Below are positions 63,694-64,000 of a stretch of DNA of 64,000 nt, in pieces. Source of the DNA: Chrysomallon squamiferum (lineage: Eukaryota; Animalia; Mollusca); NCBI GenBank assembly GCA_012295275.1, contig CM022679.1, positions 9,176,001-9,240,000 on the forward strand. Reading direction: 5' to 3'. The translations under genes and the position numbers were made by a program. The notes beneath the pieces are model-generated. The model was not told the origin of the DNA. It did no database searches and was given only the letters and a program-made list of their open reading frames with translations. Every line of letters starts with the position of its first letter. The first letter of the stretch is position 1.

Positions 63694-64000
63694 CTAGACC
63701 ACAAACAAAATATGTAAACATGTGAAAATAAAATTAAAACATTAACTTTATAATGCTTCATAAACATTAAACTTTTAATAAATGCAACCACTGCAGTTAA
63801 AACTATACAAAATGCAAGGATATCCAATTCAAAAATATTTCAACTTCATAATTCAAACTGTAATTTATTTGAAACACTTATTTTTAAGATTCATTTTACC
63901 ATGTAGTTTTAATCAGGTTCATAAAAAACCCATTGCTATTGTATATAAAGAATGGGGTATTTTAGATGATTAACTTCAAATACAATCTTTCATTTTTATT

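Overview
AT-rich, intron-dense animal genomic DNA. It is probably a gastropod mollusc, judged only from a recalled SINE-like fragment (low confidence). Splicing by hand gives seven genes: a 3'-truncated HpaC/RutF-type flavin reductase-domain gene (-), head-to-head with MRM2/FTSJ2 (+); a divergent SUFU (-), head-to-head with RPTOR/Raptor (+, about 32 exons, two apparent single-base frameshifts); CDK1 (-); an orphan single-pass membrane protein (+); and the 3' part of ZNF207/BuGZ (-). The main unexplained signal lies downstream of the ZNF207 stop codon. It is a set of five diverged copies of a ~70-nt structured RNA motif (three-way junction, invariant UGUUGGUGAC), each placed directly behind a mostly GC-type 5' splice site (AG|GCAAGU). 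This suggests an RNA-structure-controlled 3'-UTR splicing/NMD module. RPTOR also carries tandem arrays built from its own splice acceptors and donor, and CDK1 has decayed copies of both ends of its PSTAIRE exon. Positions 45.7-49.5 kb hold DNA-transposon and SINE remnants. No database searches or folding programs were run; protein identities come from recalled motifs.
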